From IMG/VR virus record IMGVR_UViG_3300017785_009958: a stretch of 20,000 bases of DNA; one strand, given 5' to 3'. Of the stretch, positions 1 through 9,534 are shown piece after piece (within the stretch, counting starts at the first letter, position 1; every line of letters starts with the position of its first letter). This DNA is from an uncultured virus (IMG/VR IMGVR_UViG_3300017785_009958) (taxonomy: Duplodnaviria > Heunggongvirae > Uroviricota > Caudoviricetes). Below the pieces are notes generated by a model that did not search any database, was not told the origin of the DNA, and was given only the letters and a program-made list of their open reading frames with translations. Position numbers and translations under genes: made by a program.

Positions 1-1
1 T

Positions 2-2338
2 AATAATGGTGATCCACTTAAGCCTGTAATCTTTGGAACCTCTTACGGGTCGGATGATTGGGGAAGTATTTTTGGTATTGCTAATACTGAGGGTACGCAA
101 TTATCTGCAGCGCCAGATGAAGGTATGGATTATCCAGGTGCGTTTGAAAATGCAGCGCTGTCCGGTAGCGAAGTCGGTTATGACATTAATACAGACACAT
201 ACCGTAACAAATATGTGTTAAATCAAAAAGGTGGTACTATAGCTATTGTTAATACTGACAACCGTGAAATGCTTAAATTTACTCATTACTCCGGTTCATT
301 TAAAGAATTTAATAACCATACTACAATTGAGCTTGCCACAAATAATGATCAAAAGCTAGTTCTCGGCGATTCATTTCTTACTATCCGAGGATCAAGAAAT
401 GAATTTACACAATTTGATTATGACTGTATTGTTAAAGGTGATTTGTATAAAAAAGTTGGTAACCTAGATAGCGAGCTACATAAGCAGTGGCGCGAAACTG
501 CAAGAGAGATTGCAGATATAAGACAATTATTCGATATACAGAGAACGGGCAGCTATAGTAGCGTCGGTGGTTCAGCGCGCACTGCACCGGGTCAATCTAG
601 AAGCGGTACACCGGATAAGTGCCCGGTTTGTAATAAGGATACAAACAAATATAATGCTGTTAATACATCGTACAAGAAAACATATGTAAATAAAACTAAC
701 AGAACAACAGCAAATTCGCAAGGTGACTTTACATTTGCGCAGACTATTCTTCCTGGTGTTGGTGGAGGTAGAGTGCCAAGTGTGCCTAACCTTGGAAACC
801 TTGCCACGCCTCTAAGAGTTTCACCTACCGATGGATTAGGTGGATCTGTAGATGGAAGTACAGGAATGAATAGACCGGGAATGATTTTTGGTGAAACATG
901 TCCCGCATGCGGTGGCTCAGGATTAAGCCCAAGTTCTCAAGGTGGAAAATGGTCTACAGAAACAAGAAAAGCAAACCTACAAAACATTTTACAACAAAAA
1001 ATTTGTGAATTAGCTGACATTGAGAAAAAAATGGGCATTGGTGGAAGTGAAATTGTTAATATTACAAAGCATAAAGTTGAAAATATTGGACAAGCAATGA
1101 ATGATTATGGTGCTGTTCGAATAGATCCAAAAGGTAAAATGTATGTGTCGGATGTTAAGGTCGCAAAGTATGGTACGTATTACAACAGAACACCGACACC
1201 TCTTGTGGAAATGGTTCAGGTGCCTGATCTCCCCTCTGGTAATTACACTCTTAATGTTGGTAACAAATACAATTGTATGGTAGGCGCTGGTGGTATGAAT
1301 ATGAAGTCTTACGGTGCAGTTAATATTAGCGGCGCAATGACAAACGTTGCAGGTTCTCAAGTTAATATTTCTAGTGAAAACGAGGTTACTATTGATGGAG
1401 GTAAGCGTATTAATATTACTGGCGATGTTGTAAGTCTTAAGCAAAGAGATAAGAAGCAAGTTGTTGTTGAAGGGTCTCTGGGTATTACGAATAACGCTGC
1501 GGTTGCAGGCGGCTTGCATGTTGAGGGTGAAGGTACATTCAATCATATTACAATGCCTAAACAAATTATGGCTACCGAACAAGCACAAGTCTTCGGTGCA
1601 GCTGCAACAGATCAATCAAACGGTAACGGTAAAATTATAGGCTTCGGTGCACCGTTAGCAGATTACCCTACACAGGCAACAGATCCTAATGGTGGTTTAT
1701 ATTTTAGTCCTGATGTACCGGGTGCTCCAGCGTTTATAGGAATTACTGATATGAAGCTTACGATTGGGCGTATTAGAGGTTCAACTAGTACAGGTCCAGG
1801 CGGCGGTACATGGGATGTGATAGGATACATACCCATTGGTGGTACAACAACATTAAATCCTGCGTTTGGGTGGGTTGCAACAAATGAGGCTAAAAATGCA
1901 GTTGATGCTGGTCCTCCTGTACCTGTACCAATGCCTAATACTGTGCCAATACCCATATATGGTGGCATAGCGGAGGGCGCCGGGACAGGTCTTGTACCAT
2001 CTGCTGCTGTAGATTCATTTATCTATGGAACAGGTACACCAACTATCAGAGGCGCTTTCACAAAGAGCGGAGGCGGTACAGCAGACGGGGGTGTTATACA
2101 ATCAATAGCTATTAATAATCAAACAGCAGCTAGAATGCCTTTAGCTTTATTCGGTACCGGGCGTCAAGCAGATTCATTTGTATTTGAACCGCATAGTCAT
2201 TTATTCCCTGCACCTGCAATGACATTAACTGATACAAATATGGCTACAAGAGAAAAAGCGGTTGGAAAAGATGCTCCTATTAATGCTGAACCGCCTGTAA
2301 ATGCTCCGACATTAACGAACGAACCAGTAACTAATTAG
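2..2338 (+). CDS. Baseplate hub/central spike protein, T4 gp5/VgrG-like (5'-truncated by the window)
   Basis: The frame is open from nt 2 (NNGDPLKPVIFG, typical of the end of the gp5 OB-fold). It continues with VxG beta-helix-like repeats (QKLVLGDSFLTIRGSRNE...CIVKGDLYKKVG; YTLNVGNK...INITGDVVSL) and ends with a C-terminal HSH motif. The ORF-track ATG at 125 is internal. Confidence 0.75.
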   Translation, partial: NNGDPLKPVIFGTSYGSDDWGSIFGIANTEGTQLSAAPDEGMDYPGAFENAALSGSEVGYDINTDTYRNKYVLNQKGGTIAIVNTDNREMLKFTHYSGSFKEFNNHTTIELATNNDQKLVLGDSFLTIRGSRNEFTQFDYDCIVKGDLYKKVGNLDSELHKQWRETAREIADIRQLFDIQRTGSYSSVGGSARTAPGQSRSGTPDKCPVCNKDTNKYNAVNTSYKKTYVNKTNRTTANSQGDFTFAQTILPGVGGGRVPSVPNLGNLATPLRVSPTDGLGGSVDGSTGMNRPGMIFGETCPACGGSGLSPSSQGGKWSTETRKANLQNILQQKICELADIEKKMGIGGSEIVNITKHKVENIGQAMNDYGAVRIDPKGKMYVSDVKVAKYGTYYNRTPTPLVEMVQVPDLPSGNYTLNVGNKYNCMVGAGGMNMKSYGAVNISGAMTNVAGSQVNISSENEVTIDGGKRINITGDVVSLKQRDKKQVVVEGSLGITNNAAVAGGLHVEGEGTFNHITMPKQIMATEQAQVFGAAATDQSNGNGKIIGFGAPLADYPTQATDPNGGLYFSPDVPGAPAFIGITDMKLTIGRIRGSTSTGPGGGTWDVIGYIPIGGTTTLNPAFGWVATNEAKNAVDAGPPVPVPMPNTVPIPIYGGIAEGAGTGLVPSAAVDSFIYGTGTPTIRGAFTKSGGGTADGGVIQSIAINNQTAARMPLALFGTGRQADSFVFEPHSHLFPAPAMTLTDTNMATREKAVGKDAPINAEPPVNAPTLTNEPVTN

Positions 2339-2528
2339 GTCTTGTTTTACGCCAGGCAGTTCTATGATTAGAAACCCAGTCAATTAAAGCACGCTCAAAA
2401 CCAACATCCCTACCCTCACGTTCAGACATACACCATTTATGCTTATGTATCTCGTCTCTCTCAGCATGAAACTCTCTATATAGAGCTGTATTTTGTATTA
2501 ACACGCAAACTGACGATAAGGTCGTCAT
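2331..2528 (-). CDS. Small protein resembling the DUF4032 C-terminal-like standalone proteins of Verrucomicrobia
   Basis: Motif LYREFHAERDEIHKHKWCMSEREGRDVGFERALIDW; TAAATA box 5 nt upstream of the ATG. Confidence 0.7.
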   Translation of the reverse strand: MTTLSSVCVLIQNTALYREFHAERDEIHKHKWCMSEREGRDVGFERALIDWVSNHRTAWRKTRPN

Positions 2529-2553
2529 GTTATTATTTAATCATTTTTACAGT

Positions 2554-2615
2554 AAAATACATACATCAGTAACCTCAAAAGGTTCCCACCTACCCACCCC
2601 TGATGTATAAAATAC
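2554..2615. repeat. Structured intergenic element: 9-bp inverted repeat flanked by 7-bp direct repeats, with an internal hairpin and G-runs
   Basis: AAAATAC(2554-2560)-ATACATCAG(2561-2569)...CTGATGTAT(2600-2608)-AAAATAC(2609-2615). Inner AACCT-CAAA-AGGTT hairpin; minus strand reads GGGGTGGGTAGGTGGG. Confidence 0.6.
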
Positions 2616-2636
2616 AACTTCTCCTTCAGAATTTAT

Positions 2637-2858
2637 TTATGATTGAGCGGATAATTTTTCTTTAAGACTATTAAAAATTTCTTGCTTTTCTTCTAGCGCT
2701 TGCGGCTTTAATATATCAATAAGTTTTAATACGACAGGTATACGTAGTGCTTTTAATACTTCGAAATTAGGCTCGAACGGTAAAAATTTACCACCAATAA
2801 GATATAAAATAGAAATTTCTTCTTCCGTGAGGCTGTTAAGCGTATATGAAAAAATCAT
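2637..2858 (-). CDS. Hypothetical protein, translationally coupled to nrdB
   Basis: 73-aa ORF; ATGA overlap with the nrdB stop. Confidence 0.75.
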   Translation of the reverse strand: MIFSYTLNSLTEEEISILYLIGGKFLPFEPNFEVLKALRIPVVLKLIDILKPQALEEKQEIFNSLKEKLSAQS

Positions 2859-3919
2859 AGCTTGATATTATCAAACGTATCTTCAGTTATATTAGTATCA
2901 CGTGCACCAATTTTATAAGCAGAAATCTCTGTCTCTTGAGGTGCAACTTGTACCTTGCTACTATCCAAATAACTATCAAGCCACCCTGCAATTGGATTTT
3001 CTTTTTGATTAAAAAGCTTTTTATACCCTAAGGAACGTAATCTATTATCACAAAGCCATTTTGTATAACCACCAAGAACGTCAGGGTTAAGCCCTAGTAG
3101 AGAACCTTTGCTGAACAAATATTGTGCCCACTCAATTTCATTTTTTACAGCTTGCTCATAAACTGCATATACTTTATCTTCACTCTTTTTAGCGATACTT
3201 GTAAATCCTTCTCTATCTTCTTCACGGAATATCTTTAAAAGATTTTGAGTAATACCGAAGTGTAGCGCTTCATCGCGCTGAATAAACTTAATAATTTTCG
3301 CATTACCTTCCATTTTACCTCGGTAGCCAAAATAAAAACTACAAGCAAAAGAGACATAAAATACAAGACCTTCCATTACATTTGTTGATAAAACACAATC
3401 ATAAATTTTTTCTTTTTTGTCTTTCTTTTCATCTGAGCCAAGAATTTTATCATAATTACCTCTAATTAATTCTGCTCTACTTACAATCTCTTTATCCTCC
3501 ATAATGCTATCAAAAAATTTTGTAGCGTCGGGATGAACGTTATTAAGCAAATATGAATAGCTATAGCTATGAATACCTTCAAATCGTGCCCATGTATTCA
3601 TACATATCTCTACTTCAGGATTGGTAACGTACTCTTTTAATGAATGTATAGACCTAGAGAGCATGCTATCTCCTAATGTTTGAAATCTTAAGTTCTGATC
3701 AAATACAAAGCGTTCTTCTGCAGTTAGCTCTTTATAATCACTTCTATCTTTTTGCAAAGCGATTTCATGTGGCCACCAGAAAAACTCTTCTTGTTTTTTA
3801 AACAATTCAAAAAAGACTGGATACTTGAATCTATCATATCTTTGTAAATTTAAATCTTCGCCAAAAAATATTGGCTGCTTTGTATAGTCGATGTTCTTAA
3901 GATTAAGTACAGATTTCAT
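2855..3919 (-). CDS. nrdB: Ribonucleotide reductase class Ia beta subunit
   Basis: FFWWPHEI, QTLGDS, EGIHSYSY (radical Tyr position), EGLVFYVSFACSF, RDEALH and VAPQETEISAY motifs. Confidence 0.97.
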   Translation of the reverse strand: MKSVLNLKNIDYTKQPIFFGEDLNLQRYDRFKYPVFFELFKKQEEFFWWPHEIALQKDRSDYKELTAEERFVFDQNLRFQTLGDSMLSRSIHSLKEYVTNPEVEICMNTWARFEGIHSYSYSYLLNNVHPDATKFFDSIMEDKEIVSRAELIRGNYDKILGSDEKKDKKEKIYDCVLSTNVMEGLVFYVSFACSFYFGYRGKMEGNAKIIKFIQRDEALHFGITQNLLKIFREEDREGFTSIAKKSEDKVYAVYEQAVKNEIEWAQYLFSKGSLLGLNPDVLGGYTKWLCDNRLRSLGYKKLFNQKENPIAGWLDSYLDSSKVQVAPQETEISAYKIGARDTNITEDTFDNIKL

Positions 3920-3930
3920 ATAGGTATTTA

Positions 3931-6189
3931 TTATAACTTACAGGCTCCACTAGAGCAATCAGCTTCTTTATTAGTAGATTGTTCTTTATCACCATCATCT
4001 GTATTGTTATAGTATAAGCTTATAAGCCCCATGCTATAAGCATACATTAACTCTTTCATTACCTTAGCATCAGGTAAGATATTATTTTCATAATGACTAT
4101 AATTGTAATAAATGTTTGTAGAAATAGCCATGTCAATATATTTCTGAATAACGGCATTAACATTTATAATACCTGTATTGTCTTTAAAGTTATAAGCCAG
4201 TTCGTAGTTACTATCAAATTTACCAATACCTGGAACTAATACCGGTAGCTTACCCATCTTAGATGTTTTATACGTCATTAAAGAGCGTACAGGTTCAACG
4301 CCGTTAGTAGAGCTTTGAATAACAGAGCTTGACTCACAAGGCATACAGCATGATAAAGTTGAGTGACGCAAGCCATGCTCTTTAATTTCTTTTCTTAATG
4401 CTTCCCAATCGAGATCGAGTTTTCTTTTACAAACGGTATCAACATTCTTTTTGTATGTATCAATAGGCAGAATACCTTTAGCATATTTTGTTTGCTCATA
4501 CTTTTCACATCTGCCTCTTTCTTTTGCAAGGTTAAGACTTGATTTTAAAAGATAAAATTGAAAATGCTCCATATATTCATCAAGCAAGCTTAATGCTTGC
4601 TTAGAGTCATATGATACTTCGTTCTTAGCAAAAAAAGCAGCAAGATTGGTAATACCAATGCCTAAGCTGCGTCTCTTCTTAGCAAAATTTTCTGCTGCCT
4701 TATTAAAGTATGTCTGTATATCAATAATTTCTTCTAAGAAGCGAACAATTAAATCAGTAGTCTTTTCTAAGTCTTTCCAGTCCTTTATTTCAAGCATATT
4801 AATGGCAGATAAAATACACATACCAATTTCTGCATCCGGGTCATGGTAGTCATTAAGAGGTATAGTAGGATGAATGACTTCTGTGCAAAGATTACTCATA
4901 GTAATCTTATCTAACCATGAACTATGTTCATTGGCGGTATCGACATTGAGAATATAAATTCTACCTGTCTCTACACGTTCTTTAACTATAAGAGAGAAAA
5001 GCTTTCTCGCGGAAATTTTCTTTTTTATCTTTATCTTTCTATCCACTTCACATTCTTCATATACTTTATTAAATTTTGAAGTACCCCATGCTTCGTATAG
5101 ATGCGGTACTTCATGCGGACTGAATAAAGTTAAATCTTCATTCTTAATAACTCTGTCATAAAATAATTTTGACATACCTACTGTATAATCTAATTTTCTT
5201 ACTCGATTGTCGTCTGTACCAGCATTATTTTTTAGAACAACAATATCATCAATTTCGTAATGCCACCATTGAATATTAGTAGTAGCTGAACCGCCTCGAA
5301 GCCCGTTCTGTTGCCATGCTTTAACTGAGGCCTCAAAAATCTTTAAGAAAGGAATAATACCTGTATGTACAACCTCGCCATTATTAACCGGTGAACCAAT
5401 CGCCCTTATTTTTGATACATCTATGCCGATACCGCAACGACTTGCAGTAGCAATTGATACTGCAGTTCCAGAAGCTGTAATTGATTCTTTATTATCTTCA
5501 ACTCCGATCAAGCAGCAGCTAGCATAACTTTTAGAGTTTGTTCTCAACCCTGCCATAATAGGAGTTGGTAGATTTATTTTATGTCTTGATATAGCGTTAT
5601 AAAAACGATGAACATATTCTAAGCGAGTTTCTTTGGGGTAATTTATAAACGCATATAAAGCAATTAATATATATGCAAATTGTGGCGTTTCAAAAATTTT
5701 TCCTGTAACACGATTTTTAATAAGGTATTTGTCACACAGCTGTTTTATACCCGCGTATGTAAAATTTAAATCTCTATCGTGATCGATAACTTCACCGATT
5801 TTGTTTATTTCATCTTCTGAGTATTTTTCAATAATAGCACTATCATAGACTTTCTTTTTTATACCTGCATGTATTACGTCAATAAGTCGAGGAGCATGTT
5901 TTCCACCCCATACATCTTTTCTGAGCTGATAATTGAGTAACCGACTGGCTACATATTGATAGTTTGGTTTTTCGAGTGAAATTAAATTAGCGGCCGAATC
6001 AATAATAACTTGATGAATGTCTTGTGTTGTTATATTTTCTGTAATATTAAGTTTAGCATTAATTTCAACTTCTGATAAACTAACTCCTGAAATGCCCTCT
6101 ATTGCCCAGTTAATTACTTTATTAATTTTCTCAATATTAAATTTTTCAAACTCTCCGCTTCGCTTCTTAATCATTATTTGTGTGTTCAT
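3931..6189 (-). CDS. nrdA: Ribonucleotide reductase class Ia alpha subunit with N-terminal ATP cone
   Basis: IKKRSG ATP cone, ASCCL, SNLCTE active-site motif, LGIG, MPCESSS, SLYY and the C-terminal CSSGACKL redox pair. Confidence 0.97.
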   Translation of the reverse strand: MNTQIMIKKRSGEFEKFNIEKINKVINWAIEGISGVSLSEVEINAKLNITENITTQDIHQVIIDSAANLISLEKPNYQYVASRLLNYQLRKDVWGGKHAPRLIDVIHAGIKKKVYDSAIIEKYSEDEINKIGEVIDHDRDLNFTYAGIKQLCDKYLIKNRVTGKIFETPQFAYILIALYAFINYPKETRLEYVHRFYNAISRHKINLPTPIMAGLRTNSKSYASCCLIGVEDNKESITASGTAVSIATASRCGIGIDVSKIRAIGSPVNNGEVVHTGIIPFLKIFEASVKAWQQNGLRGGSATTNIQWWHYEIDDIVVLKNNAGTDDNRVRKLDYTVGMSKLFYDRVIKNEDLTLFSPHEVPHLYEAWGTSKFNKVYEECEVDRKIKIKKKISARKLFSLIVKERVETGRIYILNVDTANEHSSWLDKITMSNLCTEVIHPTIPLNDYHDPDAEIGMCILSAINMLEIKDWKDLEKTTDLIVRFLEEIIDIQTYFNKAAENFAKKRRSLGIGITNLAAFFAKNEVSYDSKQALSLLDEYMEHFQFYLLKSSLNLAKERGRCEKYEQTKYAKGILPIDTYKKNVDTVCKRKLDLDWEALRKEIKEHGLRHSTLSCCMPCESSSVIQSSTNGVEPVRSLMTYKTSKMGKLPVLVPGIGKFDSNYELAYNFKDNTGIINVNAVIQKYIDMAISTNIYYNYSHYENNILPDAKVMKELMYAYSMGLISLYYNNTDDGDKEQSTNKEADCSSGACKL

Positions 6190-6233
6190 GGTTACTAGAA
6201 AAAGTATTTAATCTTTCTTACAAAGAAAAAAAA

Positions 6234-6815
6234 TTAAAAGTTATAATTTTTTACTACGGAGTGAATAAAGTTTTTTGTTGTTGTATTGTATATATTTTTA
6301 TTACTTAAAACATAAATAACAAAATACCCTAACGCCTGAAATCCGTTAACAGAGTTAACATCTAACATATTTGTATATAAATCATTTTGCTTTAATTTAG
6401 TATTTGAAAAAATATTGAGGTGTTCACTGTCAATAGGGTATATACCTTTACGTAAATAAGCAAAACAGTTGTTACAGCTTAAATTATATTCATTAAGTAA
6501 CTCCAAGTAATATTCCTTATTAATTTTTTCACCACTCGATGTACCCAGCGCTTCAAGCTTATTAACCAGATAATTAAACTTAGGGTTAAGATTTATTTTT
6601 ACCCCTCTAAAAAATTTGGGCATTATTGATTCACCAGGTACAAGATGAATAACGTTAATAGGATTATATTCTGGCTTTATAATCAAACGCTTTTGATCAT
6701 ATAAATTTTTTAATTGAAACCCCAGTAAGCAAAGCGGGTAGTCTCTATCTTCAAGATAAGAAAAAGAATCAATATCGAGCGGTTGCTCAGCGAGATCGGT
6801 ATCTAACAAATTCAT
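6234..6815 (-). CDS. Hypothetical protein
   Basis: 193-aa ORF with a sigma70-type promoter directly upstream; no family recognised. Confidence 0.75.
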   Translation of the reverse strand: MNLLDTDLAEQPLDIDSFSYLEDRDYPLCLLGFQLKNLYDQKRLIIKPEYNPINVIHLVPGESIMPKFFRGVKINLNPKFNYLVNKLEALGTSSGEKINKEYYLELLNEYNLSCNNCFAYLRKGIYPIDSEHLNIFSNTKLKQNDLYTNMLDVNSVNGFQALGYFVIYVLSNKNIYNTTTKNFIHSVVKNYNF

Positions 6816-6821
6816 AACTCG

Positions 6822-6849
6822 ATTATATGAACTTGTTTATCTATATCAA
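6822..6849 (-). promoter_or_regulatory. sigma70-type promoter
   Basis: TTGATA-N16-TATAAT-N6-ATG(6815). Confidence 0.65.
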
Positions 6850-7337
6850 CCATTAAAACGCTTTAAAACTTCTGTCAGCAGTACAACCACTATCGATGTA
6901 AGAGATGCAAGAATAGAAGTTGTAATAGCTGCCTTAAAGTTCCATGCGCTGGTATTCTCTGAGTTACGGCGTCCAAATTCACTCGCTATTTGAGCAGAAA
7001 TGTTATTAAAACGTTCGGTGACAACCTCAGTTACATGCTTAAACTTAAGTTCCATCTCTTTCTCGAGATTAACTAGTTTGTCATCAAAATTATTATCTAA
7101 ATTTTTAACTTTATCATTTACAAAATTCACTAAATCACCTGTACGCGCCTTTATTTCACCCTCAAGATTTTCAATTTGTGATTCTAGAGTTTCGTGATGA
7201 GATTTTAATTTACCTTCAAGATTTGATAGCTGTGTAACAATAGAAGGCTTTCCGTTACCTTGATAAATTGCTTTATAAACTTGCTGCACTTCATCTTGCA
7301 GTTTTTTTATTGTTGGGCTTCCAGATCTTTTACGCAT
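6846..7337 (-). CDS. Coiled-coil protein with C-terminal transmembrane helix (possibly holin/XhlA-like)
   Basis: IYQGNGKPSIVTQLSNLE followed by a long heptad region and the hydrophobic segment AAITTSILASLTSIVVVLL. Confidence 0.55.
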   Translation of the reverse strand: MRKRSGSPTIKKLQDEVQQVYKAIYQGNGKPSIVTQLSNLEGKLKSHHETLESQIENLEGEIKARTGDLVNFVNDKVKNLDNNFDDKLVNLEKEMELKFKHVTEVVTERFNNISAQIASEFGRRNSENTSAWNFKAAITTSILASLTSIVVVLLTEVLKRFNG

Positions 7338-7338
7338 A

Positions 7339-7572
7339 TTACCTTACCTGAAATGAATATGACAAAATTCCTTTTGGTAAAGAGTAAACCTTTCCACGAA
7401 GGGAACCAGTCTGATCTTTAACAACAATTGTCATTTTATTTTGTGTAACTACAGGGCCATTAACTATTTCCACATTACCAAGATTAATAGTATATGACTT
7501 AATACCTTTTCTAATATCAAAAACATTTACCTTATTTTTTCCTGATAAAACTGCAGAATAGAGCTTCTCCAT
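7339..7572 (-). CDS. Hypothetical beta-rich late protein
   Basis: 77-aa ORF; TAAATA 6 nt upstream. Confidence 0.7.
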   Translation of the reverse strand: MEKLYSAVLSGKNKVNVFDIRKGIKSYTINLGNVEIVNGPVVTQNKMTIVVKDQTGSLRGKVYSLPKGILSYSFQVR

Positions 7573-7624
7573 ATTAAGTATTTATCGTTGTTAACCAGAA
7601 AAAATGCATAAATAATATAAACCT

Positions 7625-8815
7625 ATGGCAGATACAATTACAAAAATTTTAATTAGACAGGGAACAGATGTACAGCGACGTACAGCGGATTTAACAGGTG
7701 TTGTTTTTAGTAGTGGTGAGCCAGGCTATTGCGTTGATACAAAGCGACTATTTGTCGGCGACGGAAGTACACCTGGAGGCTTTGCTATCGGTATTCAGAA
7801 TCTTGGCTCCGTAGGTTCTCTTTACGGTAGCTGGCAAAATGGATTTTCTTTTGATGCAATAACACAGTTTAACAACAGAGGTGCTTTTGTTGGAGATATT
7901 ATCTATGATAGAGATACGCGTGGATTATATTCACTAACTAGCGTTACTACATTTCCACCACTAACAACAGATATAGTTAAATATGATTTTGCTACATTAA
8001 TCAATAATCAGCAGTTTGTATATGATGAAAATGATGCGCTTAATATTAGGAACGGCGGTATCGGTAACAATCAGCTAAGCCTCAGCATTGTTGACGGTGT
8101 AACTTTATTCAAGCCCGCCTATAGTTCACCAATTACTATTAAACAAGGTGGAGTTGATAATACAAGACTTGCTTTTGTACCGCCCAATACTCTTAAGGGT
8201 AATAATTCGTTTTTTGATGCTTATCCTCAAGATTTAGATATTGGGTCAGGATGTGTCGTTGGTAGAACTAATACCTCCCAGCTCACTGCATTCCCTTTTA
8301 GCGTCATTCTTTCTCAAGCAACATTTAACTATACCAACGGTATAATTGTTGATCAAGCTGCAACACCGCCGGTCTTTAAGCTGGATGAAAATTATTTTAC
8401 TATTGGTGGTAATAGTATTACATTGCGCAAGGCAACAACAGTAAGTCAGGCGTTCACAGTTAATAATAATGCTACTGTTAACGGCACATTTCGCTGTACT
8501 GGTGATATCGTTGCTTACTATGCGCCTTCTGATATAAATTTAAAAGAAGACTTCAAACGAATTGAATCGCCTTTACAGAGAATACTTAACATCACAGGAT
8601 ATAGCTTCACCTGGAGAAAGGGAATACAAAATAGCGACATTCTTGTTGGTAGAGATTATGGCGTGATTGCACAAGAAGTAGAGAAAGAGCTTCCAGAGGT
8701 TGTAGCCACACGTGAAGATGGAACCAAGTCGGTAAGTTATATAAAGTTAATACCTTTGTTAATTGAAAGCATTAAAGAGCTTAAGAAAGAGATTGACTCT
8801 TTAAAAAGTAAATGA
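7625..8815 (+). CDS. Tail fibre protein: Mtd_N/hyaluronidase-like N-terminus plus C-terminal Peptidase_S74 intramolecular chaperone
   Basis: ILIRQGT...GEPGYCVDTKRLFVGDG at the N-terminus; SDINLKE...YGVIAQEVEKELPEVV...VSYIKLIPLLIESIKEL at the C-terminus. Confidence 0.88.
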   Translation: MADTITKILIRQGTDVQRRTADLTGVVFSSGEPGYCVDTKRLFVGDGSTPGGFAIGIQNLGSVGSLYGSWQNGFSFDAITQFNNRGAFVGDIIYDRDTRGLYSLTSVTTFPPLTTDIVKYDFATLINNQQFVYDENDALNIRNGGIGNNQLSLSIVDGVTLFKPAYSSPITIKQGGVDNTRLAFVPPNTLKGNNSFFDAYPQDLDIGSGCVVGRTNTSQLTAFPFSVILSQATFNYTNGIIVDQAATPPVFKLDENYFTIGGNSITLRKATTVSQAFTVNNNATVNGTFRCTGDIVAYYAPSDINLKEDFKRIESPLQRILNITGYSFTWRKGIQNSDILVGRDYGVIAQEVEKELPEVVATREDGTKSVSYIKLIPLLIESIKELKKEIDSLKSK

Positions 8816-9009
8816 AGTTCGAAGAAACAATAAAAAAACTTCTGGAGGGGTTTGTTGAATTCCGTCAATCGCAAGCAGCTCCAAGTACTGGGCCAGATCA
8901 GGGCATGACGTCAGGCGATCAACAAAATACATTTCCCAGTAAGATGGAAACGTTGCAATTAAAATTACCTAAGAAAAAAAAGAAGAAAAAAATTAACGAA
9001 CGTTCTTAA
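8812..9009 (+). CDS. Small protein with an N-terminal LLE motif and a poly-Lys tail
   Basis: ATGA overlap with the fibre gene; MKFEETIKKLLEG...PKKKKKKK. Confidence 0.65.
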   Translation: MKFEETIKKLLEGFVEFRQSQAAPSTGPDQGMTSGDQQNTFPSKMETLQLKLPKKKKKKKINERS

Positions 9010-9526
9010 GAAAAGTGTGATGACCAATTGTATTGGTTACAACAGCTTCAATATTTTTACCACCTACAGTTGGATTACTCCATTTAGGTGATACCTTTCC
9101 GGGACCACTTGATACATGATAGTGTGTTGCGCCATCTGTAATATCTTTGAGCTTGCCGGATAATCCTAAAAGAGCTACTTCTCGCGCTTTAGCCCAATTC
9201 GAATGTTTGGAGGCGCGTTGAATAATTTGACTCATTTCTTCTTTACCTGCATTATAATTATTAAAAAAACTAAATTGCTTGGGTTTTAAAACATTGCTTA
9301 CAGCATTACGTACCAGGTCATTAGATCCTCTTGCTCTGTTTACAATAACATTCATTACAGCATGCATACCTTTTTCACCTTCACCACCTGCTTCACCAAT
9401 TAATGCTGCTGCAATTACATCGATGTTTGTAATAGGTGCTTGAGCTTTCTGAACGATAGCTGGTGGCTGGGGTGGTAGATCAACAGCTGCTTCTAAAAGC
9501 TTCTCAAATTTATCTTTAAATCGCAC
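8993..9526 (-). CDS. Cell wall hydrolase, SleB/Hydrolase_2 family
   Basis: LIGEAGGEG..GMHAVMNVIVNR, PKQFSFFN, DITDGATHYH and IGHHTF motifs; GTG start 5 nt after TAAATA. Confidence 0.9.
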   Translation of the reverse strand: MRFKDKFEKLLEAAVDLPPQPPAIVQKAQAPITNIDVIAAALIGEAGGEGEKGMHAVMNVIVNRARGSNDLVRNAVSNVLKPKQFSFFNNYNAGKEEMSQIIQRASKHSNWAKAREVALLGLSGKLKDITDGATHYHVSSGPGKVSPKWSNPTVGGKNIEAVVTNTIGHHTFLKNVR

Positions 9527-9534
9527 CTAATTAT

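Noticed and set aside
592..1968. Minus-strand ORFs inside the gp5-like gene, and similar shadow ORFs at 4646, 9764, 12602, 13068, 16200, 17514, 18348 and 19309
   Set aside because: They are antisense shadows of well-supported genes, with no motifs or expression signals.
2547..2636. Stop-codon readthrough: an in-frame 29-codon stretch (INSEGEVVFYTSGVGRW...) after the TAA of 2637-2858
   Set aside because: It is short and has no start codon; the sequence is better explained by the stem/G-run structure, and TAA is the normal stop throughout.
2855..6189. Intron, intein or non-canonical (metal-free or class Ic) RNR
   Set aside because: Both ORFs are of normal length and uninterrupted; the iron ligands and radical Tyr position appear intact.
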